DNA from: a virus
Lineage: Duplodnaviria; Caudoviricetes
Strand: one strand, 5' to 3'
Length of the DNA: 64,000 bases
IMG/VR virus record: IMGVR_UViG_3300014039_000019
Span: 1-64,000 of that record
Positions 39,819 to 50,700 of the stretch are shown here, one piece after another. A model generated the notes under the pieces. It saw nothing but the letters and a program-made list of their open reading frames with translations, was not told the origin of the DNA and searched no databases. Numbering within the stretch: the first letter of the stretch is position 1; each line of letters begins with the position of its first letter. A program made the translations under genes and the position numbers.

Positions 39819-42800
39819 TTATTTAGTAATAGTTATTTCTAATTTAAGTCCGTCATAATGAGAATATTGATTTTGAGGATTTCCATTATCATCAACATAG
39901 AATTGAAGTTCGCTTGCTCCATTTAATAAAGCGCTATTTATTGATGTACTACTTATAGGTATTGTTTTTATATCTCCTCTAGCAAATTTAACACTACTAT
40001 TTTGATAGAAACTAGAATAAGAACCTGTAGTTGGATTACCAAATCTCATTACTGGATATGGAACTGCTGCAGCTATACCATGACTTGTAGATAATCTGTG
40101 ACAAGTTAATGAAATACTATCTATTGATTTTGCAGAACTTAAAAAGTCTAGTGCATCTTGAGGTAAAGTAGCTTTTCCTCTGTGTTTCTTATAAGTTTTA
40201 TATCTACCTTGCGCTATTTTACCAGTAAATCCTGAAGTAGCTAATCCTGTTCCTTCAGGTATACTCTTTAGATTGATTAATGTAAATGTCTTAGTTACTG
40301 TTGATGGTTCAGTAACTTCTCCACCACCAGTACCTCCACCACCAGATGAATTATACCAATTATCTGTATCTGTTTCAGTTAAAGTCCCTCTTTGATGTAT
40401 AAAACCTCTATTGATACTATCGTTTTGTTCTGTTGTTGATGTAATCATACCTCCGGAAACTATCATTCCTCCGTCTATTGCTGTTCTTCTGTATTTTGTT
40501 TTTCCTTTAGTATTAAAGAAACAAATTTGTGAAGCATTTATACTTGATACTGGAGTTTCAAAATGAAGCAAATCACATAACCCTACGATACCTCTCGCTC
40601 CATTAGTGTATTTTGCAAAAGCACCAAAATAACTTGTATTAGTAGTTGAAAGATTTTTACTTTTAAACCCAGTAATTTGACAATAACAATTATCTACTAC
40701 AATCGTATCTAATCCTTTTGATTCATAAGAGTATAATGTTGCTCCATCAGTCGAAGTTAATTGTTTATTACCTTCTAATATAGTATCAATAGTATTATTT
40801 CTTATATTAAAATTACCATATGCTATACAACTTTTATCGTAATTCAATTTTAATGAGCCATGTCCCAAAAATCCTTCTACACGAACATCCTCATTGTATG
40901 TCCCTGCAGCTATTTCTATGACGATATTTTCATTATCAAAATATGTTCCGTATTTTTCTTTTATGGTATTTAAAACTTCATTAATAGAACTAGCTTTATT
41001 ATTAGAATCTTCTCCTTGCCCGTTTCCTGTCTTAGTTTCTGCTACATACCAAGTTTTAGGCATATTTGTTTCAGCAGTACTTTTAACTAAGTTTGTACCA
41101 TTAATTTTGTTTGTATTTAGATTTGAAATGAAACACTCATCCATAGTAAAATATGCTATCGGTGTACCATTTGATTCTTTAAAGATATATAGTCCTCTAC
41201 CATTAATATTAGTTCTTGCCATTGGAGTAGAACCATCTATAACTTCACCATTATCGTCAAAACTTGATTCATCATACATTTTCACTACTATACCTTCGGA
41301 AGAAACAGTAGTTATATTGTTTTCTATTTTACTATTCATATTTGTGAATCTTAATGTGAAGTCATCAATTGTTTGAGTCAAGGAACTTTGTCTTGCAAAA
41401 ACAACAGAGCCATCTGATTCTTTAGCTTCTTTAACAGTATTAATAATTTCTGTAGGAGTTAATTTTGAAAGGGATTCGTTTGTAGTTTTTTGATATGTAT
41501 CTAAGTTTTCTGATATTTCCCCAACTTTAGTAGTTATTTTACCTATTTCTGTAGTAATAGATTGGTATTGTTCCATTCTTTCACTACGTTCATCATTTAT
41601 TTTTTTATCTGAAATGGCATCAATAGCCTCATTTACTCTCTTTTTATAATTAGAAAGAGCATCTCTATATTTTGTCATTGCAGTATTAATTTTGTTTCTA
41701 TCAGAATCGTCTACGATACTTGTTTTTTGAAGTAAAGTGTTAATTTCATTTACTAATGCTGTGTGCATAGAGACATAATTATCATATGCAGTTTTTAAAT
41801 TTGTTTTTGGAGTGGTAACACTATCTTTATCAACCAGATCTCCATTGTTGTATACAGAGGCATAATCAGCATCTATATCTAGTTTTTCAGTTTGTAATGC
41901 CTGCAAAGATTGTTTAATGCTTAATTTTTCTGCATCACTTAATATACCGTCTTTGAATACTCCGTCTAAATTAGTTTGTAAATCAGATATTGTTTTATTA
42001 ATATTGTCGATATTTTTTTGTAATTCATCTTTAGTTTTTTCAACAAAAGTCTTTATACTTTCTTGAACCATTTCTGAATAAACCACACTATAATTTTTCA
42101 ATGCAGTATCGTGGTCTTCGATATATGGATTTAAGATATCTCTATCTTCTGTAGATAACATATCCGTTCTAGCTAATAAATTATCTAAAGCTGTGCATAA
42201 TGCATCATATTTTTGAACATATGTATTATATGCATTTGTAAGTTTTGTTTTACTATCATTTGATAAGTTTTGTAACATATCATTATATTTAGTAGTTACT
42301 GCATCTTTTTTAGTTTTAAAAGTATTAAAATTTTCTCTTATTTGAGCCTTTTCTTCATTTGTTAATACGGAATCATCAAATATATCTTCCATACTATCAT
42401 TTAAAGATTCTAAAGCTTCTTCTACTTCAACTATTTCTTTATTCATTGCAGATTTTAAATTATCTAAAATATTCTTAGTAATATTATTCATAACAACTTG
42501 ATGTTGTTGTGTAAAAGCATCTAATTTAGTTTTATAGTTATCATAGGCAGATGTATAACTGTTTCTTAAAGCAGTAGTTATTCTGCCTGTTGAATTAATA
42601 ATATCATTAATTTTAGAAACATAATTGTTGTAGGCTGTTTCATAATGATTATAAGCTCGTTTATAATTTGCTCTCGTTAAAACAGATAAATTCTTATTTT
42701 TCCAAATTTCAATATATTTATTTTTTAACTCAACTTTTGAAAGTTCTAATTCTTTTAATTGTGATTGAAGAATTCTTCTTTCACTTTTATCAACTATATT

Positions 42801-45215
42801 ATCTGAAATTGCATCTTCAACAGAAGTATTAATATCGTCAATATCCTTTTCTAATGTCTTAATTCTATCATCAAATCCATTTGTATATGATTTTGTTTGT
42901 TCATTTGCAATATTTTCTATAACTGTATTCGCATTTACTATAAAATCAGATAAAGCATTACTTACTCCATCTATAGCATTATTTATATTAGTTCTATCAA
43001 TGTCATCAATTAAGTCTGTTTTAGCCAATACAGTATCTATTGCAGAATTTAAAGCATTATATTTTTCAACATATAAATCATATTTATTTTTTAAAGTCGT
43101 TTTATCAGAAGCAGTAATGTATGCTGATCCTATAAGAGAATTGTATTGTGCAGTAACATCTGCATTTTGTACTTCTAAAATTTTTCTCTTTGAAGCAACT
43201 TCTTTTCTTTCTGCTTTATCAATTACATTATCCGCAAAAGTATCATCATAACCAGTTTCTATATTATCTATTTTTTTATTAATATCTTCTATGTCTTTAC
43301 TAAACGCAGAATTTAATATATTTGCTTCATTTTCAGATATGTATATCAAAGCATTATTTGCTGCTTTAGTATATTCTCCAATAGCATCTAAGACTGTACT
43401 ATATAAAGAATCTACAGAGGCTTTATCTTCGTCTGTAACTAAATCATCTTTATTCAAAATTCTTGTAACTTCTGTAGTTATATTATCATAAGCAGTTTTA
43501 AACGCATTATATTTTTCATCTAATGTAGTTCTGGCAGATGTCTCTGTTGTCATACTTGCCTTTAAAATAATTCGATTATATTGACTAGTAACTTCATTTT
43601 CTTGCATTTTTAAATTATTTAAAGAGGTCTCAATTGAAGCTCTTTCTATTTGGTCAATTACATTGTCTAAAAAAGTATCTCCAATTGTGCTATCTAAATC
43701 ATCTAATTTATTTCCTACATCTTGGATTTGAATATTAAGCTCACCCTTTGCATTGTCTATTTCTTGGCGATATTTATTATTTTCTGATTTTGATAACATC
43801 TTACCTAAAAATGTATTAAATTCATTTACTGTTGCTCTATATTCTTCTAAAGCAGTAATTATTTTTATTTTTTCTATTTCATTAAAGAAGTTATCTTCGC
43901 AAGCTTGATTTATTGCGTTTATTAATCTATTATATGTGTATGTGTAATTTAAAAACTGTTTCTTCATATTTGTGAAATCTTCTTCATCCAAGTTTAAAGT
44001 TTCCAAATAAACATCATATTTTTCTGTTAAATCATTGCTTTCTTTTTCTAGTTCTTTAAGTTTTTCATTTAATAAATTTCTTTCTATTGTTGTAATTGTT
44101 CCATCGGCAGATGAATCTTCTACCCATGTATTTAATGAGTCTAATTTTGCTAAGATATCATCAAATTGAGCTTGTAAACTGGATTTTTCTAAGCTTAATG
44201 AACTTCTCATATTCGTTGTAACCGCACTTAAACTCATTAATATTTTATTTTTTTCTATATTCAATCTCGAAATTTCTTCGTATATTGTTCCTCCTATACC
44301 TATAAATAGGAAGTCATCACAAGTTTTCTTTAAATCATCTAGTCTTGCTCTACAAGTACTTGCTAATCCTATAAGTATAGATGTTTCTGTAGGTGTTACA
44401 ATTTTATCTTGAGTTGAATCCCATAAAGTTCTTTGGAAATTATTTAATGCTCCATCTAAAGCTTCTTTTTCACTTTTTAATAAATTTGCATTTTCTGTTT
44501 CTTGTTTACCTTCCATTACATCTATTAACTCATCTATATAAATAAAAAAACTATTTTTTTCAGATTCAATTTTATTCATTTCATTAATTAATTCATAATT
44601 TTCCTCATTTGAAACTAATGAATCGGCAAATACATCTCTCATTTTTATAATAAAATCTGAAAGCATAGTATTTAAACTAATTGAGTATGCAACTATTTGT
44701 TCTCTTAATTCATTTTCTCTGTTACTATCTGAATACTCTTTATTTAATTCTTGAGCTAGTAATTCTATTTCTTTAGCAGTTTGTTGTATTTTCGTATATA
44801 TATCTGTACTACCGCTTAAATCATTTCTTAATAATCCAATCGTCTTTGTAATCCCATCTACAGTCTGATTGATAGAGGTATATTTTCTTTCAATATCGTT
44901 TACTCTTTCTACAATATTTGATAAACTAGAAGAATTATCTTCTCCACTATTGCTATCAAAATTTATTGTGATTTCTTGTTGATTTGGTAATATAAAAGTT
45001 CCTTTATCGTTTATTATAACCAAAAATAATCCTTCTTTACTTTCTAATATGGTATTAGAAGTTTTTAAATCATAAGGAGATTCATTTTTATCCCAATAAA
45101 AATACTTATGGTTACTATACATATTTTTTATACTATAAAAAACATTTTTATATCCAATTACCATATTTTGAACACTAATATAAGTAAAGGAAGGGGTATT
45201 AGATAGACAAGCCAT
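39819..45215 (-). CDS. large tail spike/central fibre with helical repeats
   Basis: about seven ~135-aa helical repeats; C-terminal WYV...GNG.G beta-helix-like region. Confidence 0.75.
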   Translation of the reverse strand: MACLSNTPSFTYISVQNMVIGYKNVFYSIKNMYSNHKYFYWDKNESPYDLKTSNTILESKEGLFLVIINDKGTFILPNQQEITINFDSNSGEDNSSSLSNIVERVNDIERKYTSINQTVDGITKTIGLLRNDLSGSTDIYTKIQQTAKEIELLAQELNKEYSDSNRENELREQIVAYSISLNTMLSDFIIKMRDVFADSLVSNEENYELINEMNKIESEKNSFFIYIDELIDVMEGKQETENANLLKSEKEALDGALNNFQRTLWDSTQDKIVTPTETSILIGLASTCRARLDDLKKTCDDFLFIGIGGTIYEEISRLNIEKNKILMSLSAVTTNMRSSLSLEKSSLQAQFDDILAKLDSLNTWVEDSSADGTITTIERNLLNEKLKELEKESNDLTEKYDVYLETLNLDEEDFTNMKKQFLNYTYTYNRLINAINQACEDNFFNEIEKIKIITALEEYRATVNEFNTFLGKMLSKSENNKYRQEIDNAKGELNIQIQDVGNKLDDLDSTIGDTFLDNVIDQIERASIETSLNNLKMQENEVTSQYNRIILKASMTTETSARTTLDEKYNAFKTAYDNITTEVTRILNKDDLVTDEDKASVDSLYSTVLDAIGEYTKAANNALIYISENEANILNSAFSKDIEDINKKIDNIETGYDDTFADNVIDKAERKEVASKRKILEVQNADVTAQYNSLIGSAYITASDKTTLKNKYDLYVEKYNALNSAIDTVLAKTDLIDDIDRTNINNAIDGVSNALSDFIVNANTVIENIANEQTKSYTNGFDDRIKTLEKDIDDINTSVEDAISDNIVDKSERRILQSQLKELELSKVELKNKYIEIWKNKNLSVLTRANYKRAYNHYETAYNNYVSKINDIINSTGRITTALRNSYTSAYDNYKTKLDAFTQQHQVVMNNITKNILDNLKSAMNKEIVEVEEALESLNDSMEDIFDDSVLTNEEKAQIRENFNTFKTKKDAVTTKYNDMLQNLSNDSKTKLTNAYNTYVQKYDALCTALDNLLARTDMLSTEDRDILNPYIEDHDTALKNYSVVYSEMVQESIKTFVEKTKDELQKNIDNINKTISDLQTNLDGVFKDGILSDAEKLSIKQSLQALQTEKLDIDADYASVYNNGDLVDKDSVTTPKTNLKTAYDNYVSMHTALVNEINTLLQKTSIVDDSDRNKINTAMTKYRDALSNYKKRVNEAIDAISDKKINDERSERMEQYQSITTEIGKITTKVGEISENLDTYQKTTNESLSKLTPTEIINTVKEAKESDGSVVFARQSSLTQTIDDFTLRFTNMNSKIENNITTVSSEGIVVKMYDESSFDDNGEVIDGSTPMARTNINGRGLYIFKESNGTPIAYFTMDECFISNLNTNKINGTNLVKSTAETNMPKTWYVAETKTGNGQGEDSNNKASSINEVLNTIKEKYGTYFDNENIVIEIAAGTYNEDVRVEGFLGHGSLKLNYDKSCIAYGNFNIRNNTIDTILEGNKQLTSTDGATLYSYESKGLDTIVVDNCYCQITGFKSKNLSTTNTSYFGAFAKYTNGARGIVGLCDLLHFETPVSSINASQICFFNTKGKTKYRRTAIDGGMIVSGGMITSTTEQNDSINRGFIHQRGTLTETDTDNWYNSSGGGGTGGGEVTEPSTVTKTFTLINLKSIPEGTGLATSGFTGKIAQGRYKTYKKHRGKATLPQDALDFLSSAKSIDSISLTCHRLSTSHGIAAAVPYPVMRFGNPTTGSYSSFYQNSSVKFARGDIKTIPISSTSINSALLNGASELQFYVDDNGNPQNQYSHYDGLKLEITITK

Positions 45216-45231
45216 ATCCTCACCATCCTTA

Positions 45232-46956
45232 TTAGTCTATATTAACTTTATTTTGTTTTAATAAGTTCCATAGTCTTCTATTTTTATTCATTTGTTTATT
45301 ATCTGATTTAGCAGATTTTAAAACATCTAATATTACTTTCTTTGTATTTGATTCTAGTTTTTTATTTGACAATGTTATTTCTAATTTTTTATCTTTAAAA
45401 GAATAATTATATCCAACTAAATAAAATAATTCTTCCTCTTCATTATCATATATAGCTACAATATCTCCTAAGCCTAATGAACCGCTCCAATGTTGTCTAT
45501 AATCGTTATCTACTAATCTATTTAAAAAGTCATCTATATCTATAGATATTTCTCTAGTAGGACAACATCTTAATTCTAATTCTCTTGTTCCACAAGATAT
45601 AATTTCTGTAGCACTATAAAAAGCATCATTAGAATATGTATCATAATAAATAAATTGTTTTAATTCATTTAATAATTCATCTGAAAATAATCTTTCTCCA
45701 TTTACTAAGCAGCTTTCTTTATTACATTGAATGTTGACTTGTTTTATTTGTTCCTCTATTTCTGTTATTCTTTGTTCAGTTAATAAAGTGTTAGCTTTAA
45801 AAATTGCTTCCTGATCTAATCCGGCAGATAAATTTAATTCCATTTCTATAGCGCTATCTGTATTACCTTGACTTCTATAGTTGGCCGCCATTTCTTTTAA
45901 CTGTTTATTATATTCTATATGGAAAAACCATTGAGTTTTATAATCTGTTAATTTATTTTCTTCTGCAAGTTTTTCTTCTCTTAATTGTCTTAACTTACCT
46001 TCATTTTCTTTTAAAATTTCATCGTATTCACTTAATTTAGATATTAGTTCATCACTCATTTCTTTATTTTTTATAAAATAAGAATAGTTTTCTATATAAT
46101 TTTTCCCATTTAACGTATAATCGCTTACGATACATTTTTCTTCATTCCCTATTAATGTAAGTCTAGTTATAATATCTGATGAATCATCTGTTTTTTCTAA
46201 ACTTCTAATATAGTTATCATAAGATAATACAATTTTTAAATCGTCTCCAAAATTATCTATATAATATAAATTAATTAATTGATTGACTCTATCGAAAACA
46301 GGAACACACTCAAATTCTTCTGATATATTTTCAGAAATAAATTCATACCAACTAATATCTATATCCTCCAACCATCTCATTCTTCTAGTAAAATGTTTCT
46401 TTAATTCTATTAACTCTCCTTGTTTTGTAAATATATAATTCCCCTCTTTATCCATTAAATAATCCGAACCTTTAACATAATCAGAATATAAAACTTCTTC
46501 GTCAATATGACCAAATTTCCATCCCGTTTCTTGATACATATATTCATTAAGATTGATTATAATATTATCTCCATTTGAGTAATCTGAATCATTTAACATA
46601 ATTCCTATATTCGATAAAACTATATTAATTTTTCCAAGTTTTTTTTCTAATCCATAAACTTGTAAGGTTTTAGTTTCCTCATCTCTATTATAAGTACAGG
46701 TTTTTACTACAAAATACTCTCCATCTAAAGATATTAATCTTTCTGTTCTTATTTCATCAAAAAAAATAAATGGTTCTTTATTCCCATAATATTTATTTAT
46801 TATTATAGAAAGTGAATCCACTTCTCTAATACTTCTTTTAACCGATTCCAAGCATTCCATTGGTAAAGTGCAGATTATATCTTTATTTGCTTTATGTAAT
46901 AATAATTCATTGTAGCTATTTTTCATTTCTTTTAAAATTACATTCATACTTATCAC
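45232..46956 (-). CDS. Tal / baseplate hub (prophage tail endopeptidase-like)
   Basis: follows Dit; ETGW..G.ID, F.C..VFD, IITRL...G, YIENYSYF, LGLGD. Confidence 0.8.
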   Translation of the reverse strand: MISMNVILKEMKNSYNELLLHKANKDIICTLPMECLESVKRSIREVDSLSIIINKYYGNKEPFIFFDEIRTERLISLDGEYFVVKTCTYNRDEETKTLQVYGLEKKLGKINIVLSNIGIMLNDSDYSNGDNIIINLNEYMYQETGWKFGHIDEEVLYSDYVKGSDYLMDKEGNYIFTKQGELIELKKHFTRRMRWLEDIDISWYEFISENISEEFECVPVFDRVNQLINLYYIDNFGDDLKIVLSYDNYIRSLEKTDDSSDIITRLTLIGNEEKCIVSDYTLNGKNYIENYSYFIKNKEMSDELISKLSEYDEILKENEGKLRQLREEKLAEENKLTDYKTQWFFHIEYNKQLKEMAANYRSQGNTDSAIEMELNLSAGLDQEAIFKANTLLTEQRITEIEEQIKQVNIQCNKESCLVNGERLFSDELLNELKQFIYYDTYSNDAFYSATEIISCGTRELELRCCPTREISIDIDDFLNRLVDNDYRQHWSGSLGLGDIVAIYDNEEEELFYLVGYNYSFKDKKLEITLSNKKLESNTKKVILDVLKSAKSDNKQMNKNRRLWNLLKQNKVNID

Positions 46957-47706
46957 CTATAAAACTATCGGAAATTCAGTTTTAATATTAACTTTTCCAT
47001 ATCCAGTTAACGTTAAATCGTTATTTCCGGGCATAAATTTTATCCATTTTCTATTACATTTATTTAATTTATTTTCTTTATTTTCGTTTAAAACGGTTAG
47101 CATTTTATTATCTGTAATAATTTTTTCATTAAGTGTTAGATTTGAAATTTGAAAATCATTTATTTTTACAACACTAACACTATCTTGAGTTCCCTCAACC
47201 GTGATTATTGGGTAGCAAATTTCTTCACTTGGATTTTCTACACTTAATAAATATTCTCCATTTAAAAGAACATCTGTTTCAAATTGTTTATAAAAATAAT
47301 GACTATATGGTTGGAAAGTAACTTCTATAAATCCTTGATTTGAAAAAGTTAATTTATCTTGTATTTTAACACATTTTAAATAGAGTATATAATTTGGATA
47401 ATCTTCTGTAACAAAAGGTGCAAAATTATCGGTAATTAACCATGATTTTATTCTTTTAAAAATTTCATCTGAAAAAGTTGCTAAATTTCCTTGTTTATCA
47501 ACATAAGCTAAATTTAAAACTATTTGTTCTGGTGCTTCACTTTCTTCTTTATATGTTGGATAGATTTTATTTGTACCTTCCATATTTAAAGAAATAGAAT
47601 AAGGCACTTTCATATCGTTTACTATGTTATTTTCAAAATATACTAATCGTACGTTATATTCATCACACGAAATATTATTGAAAATAAATTTATCAGAAAT
47701 AAACAT
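46957..47706 (-). CDS. distal tail protein (Dit)
   Basis: after tape measure; F.FN, I..WL, YPII.V, W.KF.PG.N.L. Confidence 0.85.
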   Translation of the reverse strand: MFISDKFIFNNISCDEYNVRLVYFENNIVNDMKVPYSISLNMEGTNKIYPTYKEESEAPEQIVLNLAYVDKQGNLATFSDEIFKRIKSWLITDNFAPFVTEDYPNYILYLKCVKIQDKLTFSNQGFIEVTFQPYSHYFYKQFETDVLLNGEYLLSVENPSEEICYPIITVEGTQDSVSVVKINDFQISNLTLNEKIITDNKMLTVLNENKENKLNKCNRKWIKFMPGNNDLTLTGYGKVNIKTEFPIVL

Positions 47707-47720
47707 TCATTTCCCTCCTT

Positions 47721-47750
47721 AAAAAAAATAGGGACTAAATTAGTCCCTAT
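47721..47750 (-). terminator. terminator after tape measure
   Basis: ATAGGGACTAA/TTAGTCCCTAT plus T-run. Confidence 0.8.
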
Positions 47751-50700
47751 AAATTATTTGATATGTATTTTAATTCTTTATCTATAGCATCCGTTAAATC
47801 ATCTATTGATGCTTTGCTTAAATCTCCAGTTACAGTTATATTAATATCTCCAACATTTAATGTTTTCGAATTTGATTTGGAATCTATTAGGTCTTTATAA
47901 TTTGTACCATATTGTTTTAATTCCAATCTATCATATATATCTGAATATTGTTTTAAAACTTCCATCGCACTTGTTAAATTATTTACTAAATTATTTTTTA
48001 TAGAATCTCCCATAATTCCAAGTGCTTCACCAGAAGTCTCTGCAAAATTAATTAGTGTATCTTGTAGATTTTTTACATTTCCATCAATATCTGTAAAAGT
48101 TCCATTACTTAAAGCATCTTGAACCATTTGAGCAATTTTTTGAGCAGACCACGTTTCTTCTAATTGTTTTATTCTATCCTCTGATTTCTTTTCTTCTTCA
48201 TCTATTTTTTTATCGTACATTTCTTCTATTTTTGAATCTAATCTATCTTGTTGTAAGTCTTGTAATGCTTTTTCTTCTTCTCTTAATTCATCATATGCCT
48301 CTTGTAATTTACTTCTAGTAGATAAAGATGTGTCATTTTCTAATGCAGAAATTTTACTTCTTAATTTATTTATTTTTGCTAATTGTTCGTCATAATCATC
48401 TTTATAATCAACTTCACTTCTGTAATCTTGATAAGCTTTCTTTTGTTCTTCTAAAGCTTTAACCCTTGCATCTTTTTCTTCTTCTATTTTGTCTTTTCTT
48501 TTATCTATTTGGTCTTCGTAGATTTTTGTTATTTCTTCTTCTATATCTTTTGTTAAGTCTAATTTTTTATCTTGTATATCTTTTATTTCTGCTCCTAGTT
48601 GTTCCCATTTTACGATAGCATCAGGTAAATCTTTTGATTGTAGGTCTAAGAATTCTTCTAATAAATCATTAACTCTTTCCAGATCTGATGTGTTTTGATA
48701 TTTGTCAAGAATTTCTTTTTGATTAGTAACCCAATTATTTTCATCAAATTTAAATCCATACGCAGATAAGCTTTCTTTATATATATCTATCATTTCATTA
48801 TATTGGTCAATTGTTTTTTGCAAGTTAATTCTTTGTTTGTCAATTGCCTCAGCCTGTTTATTATATAAATCAATTTTATCTTTACCTACGGCTGAATCTA
48901 GCTTTGCATTTAATAAACTTAATACATTATCTAATGAATTAAATTCGCTAGATAATTCTGTTACACCATTTTTAAATTTATAAAGTTTATCTTCTCTAAG
49001 AAGTTGTTCTATTTCATCTTTATTTTTTTCAATAGCTTTTTGGGCATCCATCCATTCTTGCCCTGCTTTTGGCAATTCTGTGTATTGTATCTTGATATAT
49101 TCGTTTACAAGATTATTAGCTTCATCTAGTTTTTCTTTATATTTATCAAGGTTATCTTTTGCTTTTTCTGTAGCCTTGCTTAATGATTTTTTCTTAGATT
49201 CACTTTTACCAGTGTAATCACTTTCAGCTTTTTGTGCTTTTTCATATGCCTTTTCCAATTTATCATATTGTTCTTGCATACTTATTAAATTTTCTTGTTG
49301 ATTAGTAAAATTATCTTGTTGATTAAATTTAAAACCATAGTCTTTAGACAATTTTGATTTTAATACTTCTTTTTCTTTTACTAATCCTTTATAATATTCT
49401 TTTTGTAAAATAACTTGTTCTGTATACAATTCATTTTGTAATTGTAATTCTTTAGCTCTTTTTAAGCCTACTGAACTATCCATTATTTTATCTAATAAAG
49501 TTAATTGATTAGAACATCTACTTATTCTATTCTCTAATTCTTGGAATATAGAAATACTATTTTTTAAAGAATAAAGAATTTTGTCTGCATCAAGAGTTAT
49601 ATGAGTTGGAATGCCGACACTCTTGTTTATGGTATTGAATGGATTTTCAGATAACGCAGAAACGCCATCAGAGCCTTCTACAGGGGCATTAGATACATCC
49701 CCTACCGAATATGTGGTTACATCTCCTTCAACAGGCACGGATACGTTTACGGACTCTGTAGGAGTATCAGATATATTTTGGAAATCTGTTACTGAATTAT
49801 GGAGACTGACAGGTATAGATATTCCGCTCGCAACTCTACCTATCATAGCTAAAGCATTTGTAAGAGTTTTACTTACTATACCTTTAAATGTAACAGTTTT
49901 AGTTTCGTCTTTAGCCTTTTGAGAAACAGTATCTTCTTGTTTTGTAGTAGTTGCATATCCACTTGTATTTATTTCAACATTCTTATTTTCATCTTTTGCC
50001 TTCTGTGCTACTGTATCTTCTTGTGCGACAGTAATAGTAAATCCATTAGTGTTTATTGTAACAGTTTTATTTTCATCTTTTGCCTTTTGAGTAACCGTGT
50101 CAGCTTGCGATACAGTATTTGTAAATCCATTAGTTAAGAAACTAAAGTTTTTAAATACAGGTTTTGCTCCATTTTCAACATTTGTATTTTCTTGTATTAC
50201 CTGTGGGTATCCTTCACTCTTAAATACCACAGATTTTTCTACAGGTGTACTTTGAATAGAATCAACTTTTTCGTCTATATCGCCAGTCTCTAAATATGTT
50301 CTTACTATTTTTTCTTTTAATGCAATCGCATCGACAGTATTTAATCCTTCTAAAGCTTCAACTATATTTGTTGCGACAGTAATTTGTTTTTCTTCGTCAA
50401 GCGCATCTATTTGTTCTCTTAATTGATTGATGTCTCCTTTAGCAAGAGCATCGTTTATATTTATTGCTACTTCTTTTTCTGTATCTGTTGTCATTATTTC
50501 GTCTAATCTTTTCTTAACTGCATCTATTGTATTTTGTCCTACTACTTTTAATCCTACTTTTGAAGCAATATCGCTATGTTCCAATAAATAGCCAACCACA
50601 TCTTTGTAACTATTTAATTTGTTGAAATCTCCACCCATTTTACATATAAGACTAATAGTACTGTCTTTGTCTATAGGGAGTTTAGCCATTGTTTGTTCAA

